64,000 nt of DNA from Bugula neritina. Taxonomy: Eukaryota > Animalia > Bryozoa. A program made the position numbers and the translations under genes. The stretch's first letter is position 1. Each line of letters opens with the position of its first letter. The stretch is from assembly GCA_964035545.1 (NCBI GenBank), contig OZ037771.1, positions 11,350,480 through 11,414,479 on the forward strand, read 5' to 3'. Below are positions 25,601-39,557 of the stretch, in pieces. The notes under the pieces are model-generated. The model searched no databases. It was not told where the DNA came from and saw only the letters and a list, made by a program, of their open reading frames with translations.

Positions 25601-28600
25601 CTAGGGAGGATAACTCATTGAGGGTTTTTCACCGAAAGCTTTGGAAATATTTCTGGAATTGTTTTTTGGACAAAATGTTCCTAGATATGTATGATCAGTA
25701 AAGATATTTTTCCTAGAAATTTTATTGGTTTTTAAATGATTTGTAACTTTTATCAGTTAAGGATTAGAAGAATGATTCTGTGCTGGTTGTTTAAATAGTC
25801 ATACAGTCAGTTTACAGCTTGACTATAATAACTATTACTGAGAGTATTATTTCTAATTATATTGTTACTAAATTTAAATCATTCAATCAAAATTATTTGG
25901 TTGCTGTCTAACTTGAATCACAATTTACTTCTGCTCACATTTGATGGATCTTTTTACTGGGAGAGTATACACAACTTATCTAGTTTAGTTAAGTTGTGTA
26001 TACACAGCCTTTACCCTCTTAATAAAGTAAGTGTGTTGGTCACATGATTCATACAGTCATCAGATAATCTGCTGAATAAATGTATATCAGCAAATATAAG
26101 CCTGGTAGGTTAGGACTAAAGATTAGAACAATAAATTATATTCGATATCAACACAATATGCTGGATTTAATGTTAAAGGGTGCCATTTTAGGAAATATGT
26201 CAACTCATTCATAAAAACACTGAGTATTTGTATTATTAAGTAATAACCAATTGAGTTTTGAGCACACTGTTTCCATGAGCAATGGTTCCAGCTACTATGG
26301 AATGATCTTAATTTCCTGCTTCCTTCTCTTTAGTGTTGGAAGTCGTTAACCTCTAAGGTCATTATCTATCATCTACCCTACTGGTTCATAAGTACAGACT
26401 GGTGAATTATCACTACATGACACTCACACACTCCATTTCACGCAAGCACAGTATTTTTCTATGAAAATTTAGTGTGTAATCTTTTGAATAGTAGGTGAAG
26501 TGGTGCAGGTTTTATTATGTAAACTATTTTTCCATGTATTGATATTTCGAAGTGCAGTAAATGTACTCATGTGTTTTGTAATGTTTGTTTTTCCTCATAG
26601 TAATTGAACTAGTAGATATTTCTTGGAATGTGATCAAAGATCAAACTTGGCACTCATTCAACAAAGTGGAAAAAAAACGCTTTTATAGTTACACCATTGA
26701 TGGGTGCTCATAATTTTGGCTAAACTATCGAAGTTTATATTTTGGCTAACCTACAAGTTGTGTGGAATTTGCCTGCAGGACAAACTGAGTTGAAATTGTG
26801 TTATTTACCTGTACACAGGGTGTCTAAACAAACTGCCAGGCTCAACATCCCTTCCTGTCTTCAACAAGCACCTTGCAAGTACCTTGACAGACCTGTCTCC
26901 TCATGACATGCCCAGAGCTCAATCAGATGCAGCCATCACGAAAAAGAGATCTTATGTCAACCTAACTCCATCTCTTAATGTTGCACAGTATCTCTCTAGA
27001 GCTTCCTCAGGTACAATCTCATCTCTGTCTCTCTCTGCAACCAACTCATGTATTCATGTTACTGTATTTTTTGTAATAAGTCATGTCTGGACATTCACAG
27101 CTTATCACCCCAATATACTTCCCAATTACGATATTCTAGCAGTATTTAAAGTTTGTGTTACGGTTCAGCTAGGCCAATTTTGTACACTTTTTATTTATTC
27201 TCTCTATTTTAATATAAAATATATTAGTAGGGGTGAATAACTGACTCTTACATTAAAAAAAGTGCAAGTTTAATTTTATGCATAAACATGCTTTTTATTA
27301 GCAGTTTTTAGTGCTTTTATTTTTGACTCTTCTCGTGTCAAAACAGAACTGGTGTTATGCTGTGCTAGTCAGTGAAGTGCACAATGTATCTGCTTTCCAG
27401 TGGTTAGTCATCAATCACAGAGCCGAAATAACATTCTTCAGTATTTTTATATTTTTAGCGTTTTCGTGATTGAAAATTAATCAAGCTATTTATAGTTCTG
27501 TCCCTCCCTTCATTGGCCAACCAGCCTCTAAAGTTTATTTTGACAATCATATTAGCTAATTGAGTTATCATTGAAATGTCAAAACTGCTGTATAGGAAAA
27601 TCCAAGACCAGTCTGACATTTTATTTATCAGCTTAAAACCTCTTAATTCAAATTACAATAAGCTAATCTGTGAATTTAAATACCAAGTCTATCAGTGCTA
27701 TCACTTCCTTGTAAGGCCAATGTACTGCGACATTCAAGCAAAAGTACAGTGCCACGTTGTTTACAATTAGTAAATTAGAATCTCTTATACAAGGAAAACT
27801 GCTAACCTGTATTCTTTTTATTCATCCTTTTTATTATGTATTTCTTGGAAACTTCCAACCTATTTATTCCTTCACCTTGAAATATTGTACTGTAATTATA
27901 AACACGGAAGATCTGGTTATATCTTAGTACATCAGTACCAGATGTGAGGCGAGCCTGTAGCTCCAGTGCTGGTGTACTAAGGCATGCTTTATATTCCTGA
28001 TATATTAGAAATCAACTGCGTCTAGAGCCCTAGTCTGTCATTGAAATGTCATGTCCTTCTCACTTGAAAGTTAGCTCTGTAATTTGTTCTTAGAACAACT
28101 TCTTCACCAATAATTTTACCTTCTGGATAAATTATTCGACTACAAACATGCCATATGACATGTTTTATTAGCTGTCAAACAGCATATATGGTTTCTGTGT
28201 AAGAAGTTGGTGAGCTCACATTATAGACATTTATTTCAGCATCTTCAGTGGCTGCCGGAACTCCAAAGTTTTACGTTCCCGCTGACAGCGATGAAGATCA
28301 ATCCAAGTTTTGTGAATGGTCAGATGAAGGTCTTAGCTCCGCCTCTTCCTCAAGTTTACAACTAGGTAGGTATAGTCTATAGTCTATACTAGGTAGGTAT
28401 AGTCTATACTAGGTAGGTATAGTCTATACTAGGTAGGTATAGTCTATACTAGGTGGGTATAGTCTATACTAGGTAGGTATAGTCTATACTAGGTAGGTAT
28501 AGTCTATACTAGGTAGGTATAGTCTATACTAGGTAGATATAGTCCATACTAGGTAGGTATAGTCTATACTAGGCAGGTATAGTCTATGCTAGGTAGGTAT

Positions 28601-31564
28601 AGTATATACTAGGTAGGTATAGTCTATACTAGGTAGGTATAGTCTATACTAGATAGGTATAGTGTATACTAGGTAGGTATAGTCTATACTAGGTATAGGT
28701 ATAATCTATACTAGGTAGGTATAGTTTATACAGAGAAATTATTGCATGTAATGATATTGAAATTTTCTCTCCCCCCCCCCATTTGTTAAAAATAGCCTCA
28801 GTACTGTTTCAGTTAAGTTGCGGTTATACCTCTGCTGAAAAAAGTACCGAGTTTAAGTTAATAATGCTTGTCCGGGTACCCCTTTATAGTCAAACTGAAA
28901 CTCGTTGAAATCATATTGATGCGGTTGCTCACTTTCTGAAATTGAAATTTGACTCGCATAATGGCTATTTGATGCCCTTTGTAAACGTCGTGAATTAGTG
29001 AAGCGGAAAGCATAAAAGCAATAATTGAGAAGGCGTAGGCTATATAATTATAACCGTATAAGTACGTATAAGTACGTTGTCTAATCGCCAAAGTAATAAC
29101 TGAATAACGAAGTTTACAAGGAGTTATTACTCCATTCTATAATTAGCCGATTAAGTTATCACAGTACAAAAATTTCAACGGGTGGCTTTTACAATGCAAT
29201 GCAACTCGGAGAAATTTCAACCCGGCCAAATTGAAATTTTGACCGAAAATCGTGAAGATATAAACGCAACTTTAGCTTTTTAATTTCCAATTTTTTTCAG
29301 GATTTCATCTGCTACTTGATATTCAATTAGATATAGTCACTGATTTCAGTAGATTACACTGTCAGTTCCTAGAATTGTGCTATTCCACTGGCGCAATCTT
29401 TAATATGTATTGCAAACATTAGCAAACATTGTAAACATGTTATAGGCAATATCAAGTGCCTTATGAAGTCAATATTGAGCAAAATTTCCCCTGCTGTAAA
29501 TTTGAGGAGCTAAAATTCCTGCATTGTTGATAAAGTATTGGCCCATCTTGCCTGGCATACTGTATCACATCTTCATAGTTGTATAGACTAAGATGCGGCT
29601 TGTAATAATATATTATATACTTACACACTTGACTGGCTTGTGTTGTGGAGAATCTATTAAATTTCTTGCCTGGTCCTGACTTGTGTTACAAACAATTTAT
29701 AAAGATGATGTAAGCAGTGGTCAGTCAAAAGAGCCAGTCATGAAAGAAATTGAGGGTGGTAATTAATGTTTCACTTCTTTCTTCATATAATTGCATCGGA
29801 AACAAGAATACAATTTCCAGCTCATGTGTTTGTAGGAAATGCACCTTCAGTCAATTTCTCATATCTTATACTTTGGTTAAAAACAACAATACACACTCTG
29901 GTTCATGTGTTTGTAGGAAATGCAACTAAGTTGTGAAATAGTTCTCACCTGCTATAACTAGACATTTCAGATTTAAAGACATTTGCTAAATTTAATTAAG
30001 GGAAGCCAGAAATTTCATTACAGACCCTGCTGTAATATAAAAACTGTGTTCTACTATTGAGTAACTTGTAAATTCCAATTTTTTCAAAGCTTTAAATAAT
30101 TGTGCAAGTTTCAAATAAAATCATTTCTGGCAGAACAAAGAAAGCGAACAGTGGTTGACTTTCTACCTGTCCTGCATTCAACTGAATGGCCTTGACTTGA
30201 CCTCATTTGGCTACATGACCTTGAGTCTAGTAAACGACCTCTCAATGCCATTGAGTGGTTACCAAGTCAAAATATTTGAAAAGCATGACTCTGAAACCCT
30301 CAGCTTTTTTTAATACACTAGTCAAGTCCCTTTAATACACTAGTCAAGTCCCTTTAATACACTAGTCAAGTCCCTTTAATACACTAGTCAAGTCCCTTTA
30401 ATACACTAGTCAAGTCTCTTTAATACACTAGTCAAGTCCCTTTAATACACTGGTCAAGTCCTTTTAATACACTAGTCAAGTACCTTTAATACACTAGTCA
30501 AGTCCCTTTAATACACTAGTCAAGTCATTGCAATTGATGCTGGATGATAAAGTTAGAGATTTGTGTACTCTGTAGCAGGATAGGGTTTGTTTACAATCCC
30601 TCAGCTTACAGGTGAAAAGGCTGTTAGTATTTCCTATCATAAGCAGGGTGAAACATCACACAATCGCATAGTTATGTTGGATTCACCCCTATTCTCCTCA
30701 ACTGGGGCAAACTGACTCATGATAACGGATATTCTGAATTCTAAACTCATCAGTATATGACAATTCTCTCCATTTTCAGCAATGTGTTCTGCCATTGCCC
30801 CATAGATTGTTGAAGGCTAACAGTTTTTGACATTTTGGTAGTATAACATCCTGCATAAGCATTTAAAACTTAGCGGCAGAATTCACAAGCTTGCTTATAT
30901 TAAAGCATAATGTGAAAACATTTATTGTAGCAAAATATGCATAAGTTTTTTATGTGTTTTCCTGGTAGCAATACATCATCAAAAATGTAGTAGTAATTAT
31001 TACTACTACATTTAGTAATAAGGATGGCTGAGCCTTGGAAATAAGTCATGGAAATATTTCTCGTTGTCTTGCCTTTTCCTGAACTCCTGAGTGATTTACA
31101 ACCACCACGAGCAATATCTTCCTTCTTTACCATATCTACATGTTTATGTAATAATATATCATATAATAATATATCATACAATCAGAATAATATATCATTA
31201 TATAATGACTTTTTGATAAGTTTTCCTGCTAGAAGTTTACAGTTTTTGAACTTTTCTAAATTTTAATTTAAATTTACAAAATTAAACCCAAAATGTATAC
31301 TAGAAGTTGACTTGTGGAAAAGAAACTTATACTGCTGTTTCGTGTTATCTTGCACCCCTGAACTGGTAAAGTAGCTGGACATATTATGTAGTACAAGATG
31401 AACTGTTTGTAGGCCGACCATCAGACGACGGGTTTTCAGTAGAGTTTGCTGTTGAAAATCTGTCATTTGATCCAACTATCCCTAAAGTTTCACCATCACT
31501 TGCTCACACCACTTCCTGGGACTCAATCAGCTCCTCAGGTGACTCTCAGGTGGTCTTCATGTAG
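16654..31564 (+). CDS. DELE1: SEL1/TPR-repeat protein, DELE1 (DAP3-binding cell death enhancer 1)-like, about 601 aa
   Basis: Exons 16654-16684, 19413-19560, 20354-20492, 20983-21285, 21503-21602, 21789-21916, 22134-22277, 22723-22809, 23871-24030, 24899-24994, 26819-27010, 28240-28365, 31413-31564(TAG), all phase-consistent. N-terminus MLRFLQGVHKAFRS resembles a mitochondrial presequence. A hydrophobic LPGAVF|GAGYAVL segment precedes SEL1 repeats (LGMCYEQGLGV, AQVFMG, AYYYLGVCYETG, AQYNLAVFYEEG) and a Ser-rich tail. SEL1 identity is certain; DELE1 orthology is inferred from architecture. Confidence 0.75.
20142..20345. repeat. 33-bp minisatellite (about 6 copies)
   Basis: Unit TATTATTCATTGTCTATGTTTCTATATAATATC, ending at the acceptor 20351-20353. 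Confidence 0.93.
21603..21702. repeat. 20-bp minisatellite (GTGATGAGTCATTCCTCTAT-like)
   Basis: Begins at the donor GTGAGT at 21603. Confidence 0.9.
22829..23058. repeat. 43-bp minisatellite (about 5 copies)
   Basis: Unit TAGTAATATAGACATGTTTCTATGTCAGTGGTATGTGAGTATC, starting about 20 nt after the donor at 22810. Confidence 0.93.
28362..28730. repeat. 20-bp minisatellite (CTAGGTAGGTATAGTCTATA, about 18 copies)
   Basis: The first unit contains the exon/intron junction CTAG|GTAGGT at 28365/28366. Confidence 0.97.
28813..29274 (-). mobile_element. MITE family 1, copy 2
   Basis: Reverse-complement homolog of 998-1447 along its length, with the same termini. Confidence 0.8.
30309..30526. repeat. 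22-bp minisatellite (TTTAATACACTAGTCAAGTCCC, about 10 copies)
   Basis: Directly visible, mid-intron. Confidence 0.97.
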
Positions 31565-32439
31565 AAACTGGACGCTGCCTTTGCTCAAGCCCACCAATCA
31601 CAGCTCGTTGCTGCTCTGTTATAATACCACCGCCATAATATTACTCTATATTTTATTTTACTAAACACATTTTTGTGCTTTAAAATATAACCGATTTAGT
31701 TTGTAAAAAGTGAAGGTTCCTTTCAACTCTTATTTTCGGTTAGTTCTGCTGCTGACAGTTACTCATTACTTTTAAGTTTTTGTTCAGGGATGATCATTTT
31801 TATTAAGCCAAAAAATCTAATTTGATGAAATATTTTGAAGTCAGAAAGCACCTGCTTGCCCATGTCTTACCCCAGGCAAGTTATTTCTTCACATTCAGGG
31901 ATAAGAAAAAATATTTTCAATACTTTGAAAGTTTCCTTCACTTTTAATTCAACTATATTTTATAATCTCAAGAAATATTAATATCCATTATTAAGAAAAT
32001 GATAGCTACTTTGAGTTGCTGCTAGTGGCCTATCTTATCTTTTACCCTAATTTGTATCCTGTATTTCTTTGTATTACTGCATATTTGTATTATTTTACAG
32101 TAACGTGTTCGTATTTTGTATATTTACAATAAATTTTGCTTCTAGGAGTCAAAAGATTTTATTGGCTTTTCCTCTAAAATAGTTGCATGAGCACAACATC
32201 TAACTACTGTTGCACCAGTTTACTTGTTTTATGAAGATTGAAACAAATAACTGATTTTAATATCATAAAATTTAAACATATATTTTATAAAACAGTTATA
32301 ATGCAAAATGTAAGTAAATGTATATAGTGAGTTTTTACGGTAGAGCATAATATCAAATCAAAATAAATTAAAAGTAATAACCCCTGAGTAAAGCTGTACC
32401 ACAAAACTAACATTTGTTTAAATCTTTGCAGAATATTTC

Positions 32440-35400
32440 TCAAGTTGGTTTGTAGCATTTACAGAGTCTTATCAACACTCTAGCACCAGTCTTAAAATCA
32501 TCATATGCTTTCCATTTACACTTCTGACTGTAGTGTATTTCATATCCATCACAGTCGTTATTCCTCCCTTGAGCCAGAGCTCCATCCATCTGGGTGTACT
32601 GTCCACACCGGCATATTCTGGAAGATATAGGTTTGTTATTAAATCATGTTTAAGTATTTTATTTCAACTAGAAGTTGGTCACATATCCTAGGAATAAGTA
32701 TTCATTTAGAATAATTTTGTCTAGAAATTTTTCTCTGTGATTTTTTCAACTTGAGTCATAAAAAGCATTGTAATCATTAATTTAGCTTTTTAAATGTTAA
32801 TATCCAAGATGCTTTTGCCTTGAAGTTTCAGAATTTCCTGTAACGACCATCAGCCTATCAACATAATATCGTTACGTAACTATTGTTATTCTTTCAGTAA
32901 CTGACCACTCCATTCTATTCAATCGGGAAGTTTGTTTTATTGGTCATTTCATTGTCCACTATATGCTGTACACGTGCTCAGGTCGTGCCCGGAAAAGTTG
33001 AAATCCTACGATAAAAGCTTAAAGTCATACATCCTAAGCATTTAAGCGTTGCATGTTGTATACGTAGATTATTGGAACGGCAACATTTTTACAATTCAAA
33101 TTTCCTTTTCGGGGACTTTTCTATTTTGAAGGGGAATTTCACGAAATGATAGGATTGTGAGCATTACACAAGTTGTTATAGATTCCATCCATGTCAATGT
33201 ATAACTGCAGTCTTTGATTGACTACCCCACTGTGAATATTGTTCCAATAGATTTGTTTTCTGAAATTAGACATTTACATTTTGGTTCATCATGAAAATGT
33301 AGAAATCTGGCCCCAAATGACCTCATAACTAACCCATATGTAGATCTATACTTTGCTTTCATGAGGTTAATAGGGTGCAACTTGGCGTATATTGAATATC
33401 AACACTGATCAACTTTTCCTTCTACTTCGCTTTTCTCTCTTGAATTTTGAAAATTTAGATACTTTTTATTCGTGGGATTTTATACTAAGGCTGATTTACT
33501 AGGACAAATCATGCATATAATTTCAACTGCAGGTATAAAATATAAGTATTATGTAATACCTGTTGGCTTTTGCTACATAAATTCTAACCAATACTTGAGA
33601 TGTGCTAACTATTTGCTAGAACCACTGGCTAATTATAGACTCGTCTATCGATACTTACCCTACCATTCACTAAGGGTGGGGGCTATGCTAGTTGTACCCG
33701 GCCATTAATATAATTTTTGCATAAATAACATTACCAAGAGTTATATAATTATTAGTTAGGCAAGTAACATAATATGCAGTGTATAGCAGAAGGATATAAG
33801 CAATTCTAGGAAATTCATAAAATGAGTTAAAAATTTGGAAAATGGATTCGATTTGGTCATGGAGAGATCGAGCAGACATCAGCAAAACTTCAAATGTATC
33901 TATGACTCAAAGTTTATTTATGGCTATGTTGTCACTATAATTATCATGGCAGCCATTGAAATGCAGCAGCAGATAGTCAAAGGCAGCACTTTAACTCACC
34001 TTACGATGTCTTTTTGGTAATACTTGGTGTATGCGACTTGGGGTTGACAGAGTGAGTCAGAATATGGACTGTATACACTGGCTATTTGTGGCTTTACTTT
34101 AAATCCTGACCTGTAACATATAGCACTCATTGGTTTTAATAAACCGTTTGGGATTTCAACTATTATATTTTCTTTAGCTAAAATTTGTAAACTTGGCTCA
34201 CATATTACGTAAAATATTTGATATATTAGCAATTGAAAACCAGGTTGTAAATCACTTTATTTTTTGTTTGCTTCATTGAATACCTTTTATTATTTTAATT
34301 TTCTGTTATCACAGCTAGAAATTGTCTCAAAGCTTCAACTGTGATTTACATCTAAATGTTCTCCAAGTATTCCCACCATATAGCATCACCTATGGTATGC
34401 CAATCACTGGCTTCATTTGACTCAGGTTTATTTGTATGTTCAACATAGACAATTACATTTTCGAGATAGAAATATAAATATTTGGACAGTATTACGGTGC
34501 CAGTCAATGCTGCGGTTATTTACCTGGTTGGCTGCCTCCTATATATACATTGTTTGCTGCCGTGGTACTCTATCTGTACTGGGAACTTATTAGGATGACT
34601 AGTGTCCTCATCACTACTGCAGCTTAGTGCTTCTTCTCTCTCTTCTGAATGTCTATCCACACCAGCCTGCATCTACAATGTATGCTTCAGATATATACTC
34701 CGGTATATTATTACTTTAGTTACCAGCAGAGTTTACATTTCATCAAAAGCATATTTTGAGTTTCTGTCATTAAAACCGTTTTTACTTGACAAGTTTCTAG
34801 AAGTTTTAGCATTCTCAGCAAAAACTATAAAATAAAGTTATTAATTTTAAATTAATTAAATCATTTGCTCTGATGTATGTATGATAATTATTTGGTATAA
34901 TTTCTGAGCGTTGAAATGCAAGCAGCTCATTATTTGGAGATTGAAGTTTTTTCAAATGTTTGTACTTTAATAATGGGGGAGGTCATTTTTTATTACCAAT
35001 ACACTAAATTGTACATTTTCTTAAAAATAGTATAAATATTATATAAATATAAATTTCAATAAATTTCAATAGTAAATACACCAACTAGGCAACTGATGCG
35101 TTTTGAGGTATTTTTTGACCGTAATTATTTATATAGTATATACAAATATACCAACAAAGCTGTATGATACAATTAGTTGATGGGCAAAAGATGCAGAATT
35201 CAAGAACCAGACATTCACTCAACCAGTTCTCAACAAATCAACAATTAACTGCACAAAGATAAAGGTGTGAGTCTAATGATGTATTGTATAATCTAACAGT
35301 CACTGCAGCGAGTTACCCACCAGTTTGCTGACTTCAGGCAAATCTGAAACAAGTTTAGGTAATCCCATTGAAGAGGTTTGGTTATGGACTGGAGGATTCC

Positions 35401-35716
35401 CTGTGAGAACATCAGCCCTTGTCATTCCTATAAGCTGATTAAATGGTGGAGAAGACAGCGTCCACGATGGTTCAAGCAGTGGAGATTCAACTAGTGGAGG
35501 ATCGATTGGTGGAGGGTCAACCCTTGGGCCCGCAGGTTCTGAGACTGAGCTAACCTCTTGGCCTACATCTTGAGAGACATTCTGATTCTTGGTAATTGCT
35601 CTCCTTTTCGTGCCACCTCTGGTAGAACATATTTTATGTGAATGCATCTCGGTGAGTATCAACACAACCACCTCTTGCAGTCGTTTATAGGGTATTGATA
35701 ACTGGTCATGTATCAT
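32440..35716 (-). CDS. Uncharacterised protein with tandem H-x4-C...C-x-C modules, paralog A (about 240 aa; start codon uncertain)
   Basis: Exons 35716-35321, 34672-34524, 32617-32440(TGA), intron phases 0 and 2. C-terminus PNKFPVQIEYHGSKQCIYRRQPTR|ICRCGQYTQMDGALAQGRNNDCDGYEIHYSQKCKWKAYDDFKTGARVLIRLCKCYKPT is homologous to paralogs B and C with the same intron position. Confidence 0.8.
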
Positions 35717-37596
35717 TATGTTGCACGGTCTTCATTTCTTCCCTCTTATAGTAGTGGTTCCACTACTGCTTTGGTTTTTACAAACTATTATTTCCAACAA
35801 AGTTTTTTCCTATATATTGTTTGCTAAAAAACATTTCAAATCAATTTGTAAGTATAGGAAGAATGATGAAGCAGAATTTCAAGGCTTATAATTCTTATCC
35901 AATCACATAGCATTATTATAAGTTGATTGGTTGTCTAGTTTATAAGGGAGCACAAAGGAGGTAGCTCTGATTGGGTATGCAGGGTCTAACACACACACAC
36001 AACACACACACACACACACACAACACACACAACACACATACATGCACACATCTCTGCATAAATCTTGTAAACATTTAGGCATTTGTGTTTGCAAAAAGTG
36101 AATGTGTCTAGCAGGTGGTGTTTTCAGAAAAACATGTTTTTGTTACACATATTCAGGTGTTTTAACTTTCAAAACTATTCATGAGCTTCTCTCAGTAGAA
36201 GAATGCTTGGCCAGTTTCAGTATGTCTTTCATATTGATTTCATGTTTACTATTTCTACAATTTTGTTTAATGTGGACAAGCCTCAATACCTGAATAAGAG
36301 AGTAGATTGTTCTTGTAAGACATGGGTATATTTCATAGTTAAAAAGAGTCCTTCAATCTCCTAGTTTTAGTTTTCACTCCAAACCATACTCTAGCTATAA
36401 ATTTCATACTTACCTCATGATTATCCTTCTATTGGAGCCAAAAAGTGCATTACTATATCAAAAATTACACAAAAAATTGAAATAATGGACCGCTTACAAA
36501 TTACTTTGATATAGTAACTGTAAGAACTTTGGATGCAATAAAGACTAAAGTCTTTAGGTCGATCTTTAGATACATCTGACTTGCAAATGCCCACAACCTA
36601 CTAAACCATTAAATATAGCAGTCTAGACATAACAGCAATAATAACTTTACAACAGTTTTGTTATAAAGTTCAGTAAATAGTTGTAACCTTCAGTTTGTAC
36701 AAAGATTGTATAAGCTACTTGAATAATACATTAAAATTTTGACTCCTTAAACCTCCTTTTACTGGTCAGTATTTTATTGCTTATGGCGCCACATTTTTGC
36801 GTGTCTGGCCAACAATATAAACAGTAAAACACAGATTGCATAGCAAGTTTCAGTTCTGTTTCAGTCAGAGCATTCCAGGAACTTCAACTCATTCATAATA
36901 ACAGATTTCAACAAGGCTTTAATGTTTTGCTGCTTTTATCAGGAAATGAGTTTTTTGTATTTGTAATTCAATCTTCTTTCAATTATTTCTTTTGTGAATC
37001 AGATTAAATAAAAATATTAGTTTACTGTGAAAATGATGTATATAAATTCTGTGATATTGTTGTTGACCCAAATGTAAGTATATGATGAAAGAGAATTAAT
37101 TTATTTGGAAGAAAGTTAGTAGGTATATATAAAGCATTGCACTGCTTTCATTTGAGATATAACAATAGTTAAGGATAAGTTAGAATATATAATTAAAATA
37201 GATCAAAGTTATACTTTTTCAAAATAAATTTTAAAAATCTAACCATATATGCTTTTTAATTTACATTATATGGTATACTGCATACTATTGCAATAGTTGC
37301 ATGTACATAATTGCAAGATAAGTAAATTATGGAGTTTTGACTACATGTTTTTATACCAGAAAATTTTGTGTTTTACATTACTGCATGACAAGTAATGCAT
37401 ACTATTACTTATTATAAACCAGGAAACTTGGAGAGCTCATTATAAGTGGCTACATTTACATAGGAAAGCGTATATAGCATAGTCATCTACTAAACAAAGT
37501 TTAAAACTCATCAAGAGGGCTTTGTTTCCCACCAGTTTATGGGAACAAAATAATATATGAGTTGTCATCTCATTTAGAATTTCATAGAATCTAGAT

Positions 37597-37904
37597 CAGG
37601 GCCAGACGCAGTCCACAGCCTATATTTTTGTGGCCTTCGAGGGCATAACAAATAAAATTATTTTTCACACATGTATGAATTAGAGGGAAAAACCACCTTT
37701 TAAATGTCTTATTTATACACATGCTACAAAATATTTTGTTTGCAGCAACTATTAGGACTTTATTGTGTAATGGTTCATAAAAATTTTGAATAAAGTATTT
37801 TGAAAAATACTGATGCTGAGGCCCCCAGCTCAAACTGAAGTTTACAATGTGGCATGAAATTTCCCTTTCAGTGGCCCTCACTCTAAAAAGGTTGGACACC
37901 TTTG
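37597..37904 (+). mobile_element. hAT (Charlie-like) MITE family 2, copy 2
   Basis: Perfect 8-bp TSD ATCTAGAT (37589-37596, 37905-37912), matching the NTCTAGAN hAT target preference. Homologous to 3620-3941. Confidence 0.8.
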
Positions 37905-39053
37905 ATCTAGATTCTAGATGAATATTATGATTTATGCTATTTAACATGGTTAAAAGCATTACTGTTATATGCTATGAACAAATTGACGAATGGGCGCAAT
38001 GGCAGGAAAAGACAGAAGTATTTTGTTTAGGTTATGTCACATGAGCACACAACTCTAGTTGTGAATTACATTAAATTAAAAACTTTTGAATAAGTCAAAA
38101 CTGGTTTTGATTTATTTGATCTTTACAATAAAAATTACATTTATCAAAAAACATGGAGCCTATAATATTAACGCTGCAAGTAATCATTGTAATATTGTTG
38201 CATCACGCTTGTTAGTATAACTTCTCTCTATTAACTAAAACTGACCCTGTCTTATATAATATAATATTCCATTTATATGAACTCAATACTTTAGTTTATA
38301 TTAAAAGTTATTGAAGCTTTGTTGAACTATATATACTTTTCATCCTGTGACAACAGTAATATGAAATGCTGCTATTGTGAATAAATACACCAGTCGAACC
38401 AAGCTACCCACATACAGTAAATTTGTAAGCCACTGGATTTTTCTTAACATAAATATAAAATATTACACCTTACATTATGTTGCACCCTATTTGTGCTTCA
38501 CCGACCCCCCCCCCCCATCCCGGGCCCCTCTAATCAAATTTAGCTGGCTCGAGTTTGACTTCAGCTTATAAAAATACCAGCTCCTTGTCCACGATTCTGC
38601 TTTTTCAATGATTTTTACATTCAAATATAGTTTCTTTTAATGTCTTTTACTTCTGTATTAAATAAAGTGATCTGACCCAACTGTGGTCTAGTGTTCCAGA
38701 TCATTGAGCATGTCCTCACATATCGCGTTATGGTCATAAATGACATGACCTAGTTATAGTTTCTATGTTTCCAACTCCTCTCATTGTTCATAACAAATAG
38801 TTCCACCAACAATATAGTAGTATTTGACATCACTGTATATTGCATCATCATATTTTCATCTAGTTTGAAACCTGCAGGTAAAACTCCAATACTGTTCAGA
38901 CATATAAACACCAATATATAGTTCAATTTAGCAGGAAAAAAAAATTCTTGAATAAAAGTAATATATTTCAATAATCTCAAGGAAATGACATATTTATACA
39001 AGAAAGAATTTTAGTTACCTATATAATATCTGATATAATAAATTTTAAACAAG

Positions 39054-39557
39054 GGAGCGGCTGTGACCTAGAGGTTAGAGCGCTTGGTTATCTCTCTAGA
39101 GTCAAGACACACTTTGCCGCACTTTAGGCCGTAATTACGAAAAATATCAGCTATTTTTAATATGTTCGGGCTGGAGTTCTCAAAGTGCGCTATTGGGTAC
39201 AATCTATGACATCTCATTGGACATTTATATCCAATGAATTTACTCGAACGTCTTCCTGTCCAATAGGAATCCGCCGCAACTTTTTTTAATCAATCAGTGC
39301 TTGATCCTAATGTACCGCAACGCTGTACAGGAAGCTCAGACATTTGTAAAAATTGTGAACATTTTACCTTACGGCCTACGGTGCGGCAAAGTGTGTCTTG
39401 GGGGTTAGTAAGCACGGCGTCATGGGTTTGAGCCTCAGTAAAGGTCATTGGTGCTGTTAATAATGCCATAATTGCTCCCGTGCCTCATCTTAGCTAGTCT
39501 TTAGCTCTATTTAACAAAAACCTGCTTCATCAAGGTTTTCTCACAGAAATTTTATAA
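39054..39557 (+). mobile_element. tRNA-derived SINE interrupted by a MITE
   Basis: A-box-like TGACCTAGAGGTTAGAGC and B-box-like GGGTTTGAGCC, with a 14-bp TSD AAATTTTAAACAAG (39040-39053, 39558-39571). Homologous to 49216-49409. Confidence 0.8.
39091..39405. mobile_element. MITE family 3 nested inside the SINE
   Basis: 32-bp inverted repeats CAAGACACACTTTGCCGCAC..TAGGCCGTAA at 39103-39134 and 39369-39400 (2 mismatches). Flanked by duplicated (GG)TTA and absent from the other SINE copy. Confidence 0.8.

Noticed and set aside
31263-31664. ORFs 31263-31475(-) and 31446-31664(+) as separate genes
   Set aside because: They are off-frame or antisense shadows of the DELE1-like terminal exon 31413-31564.
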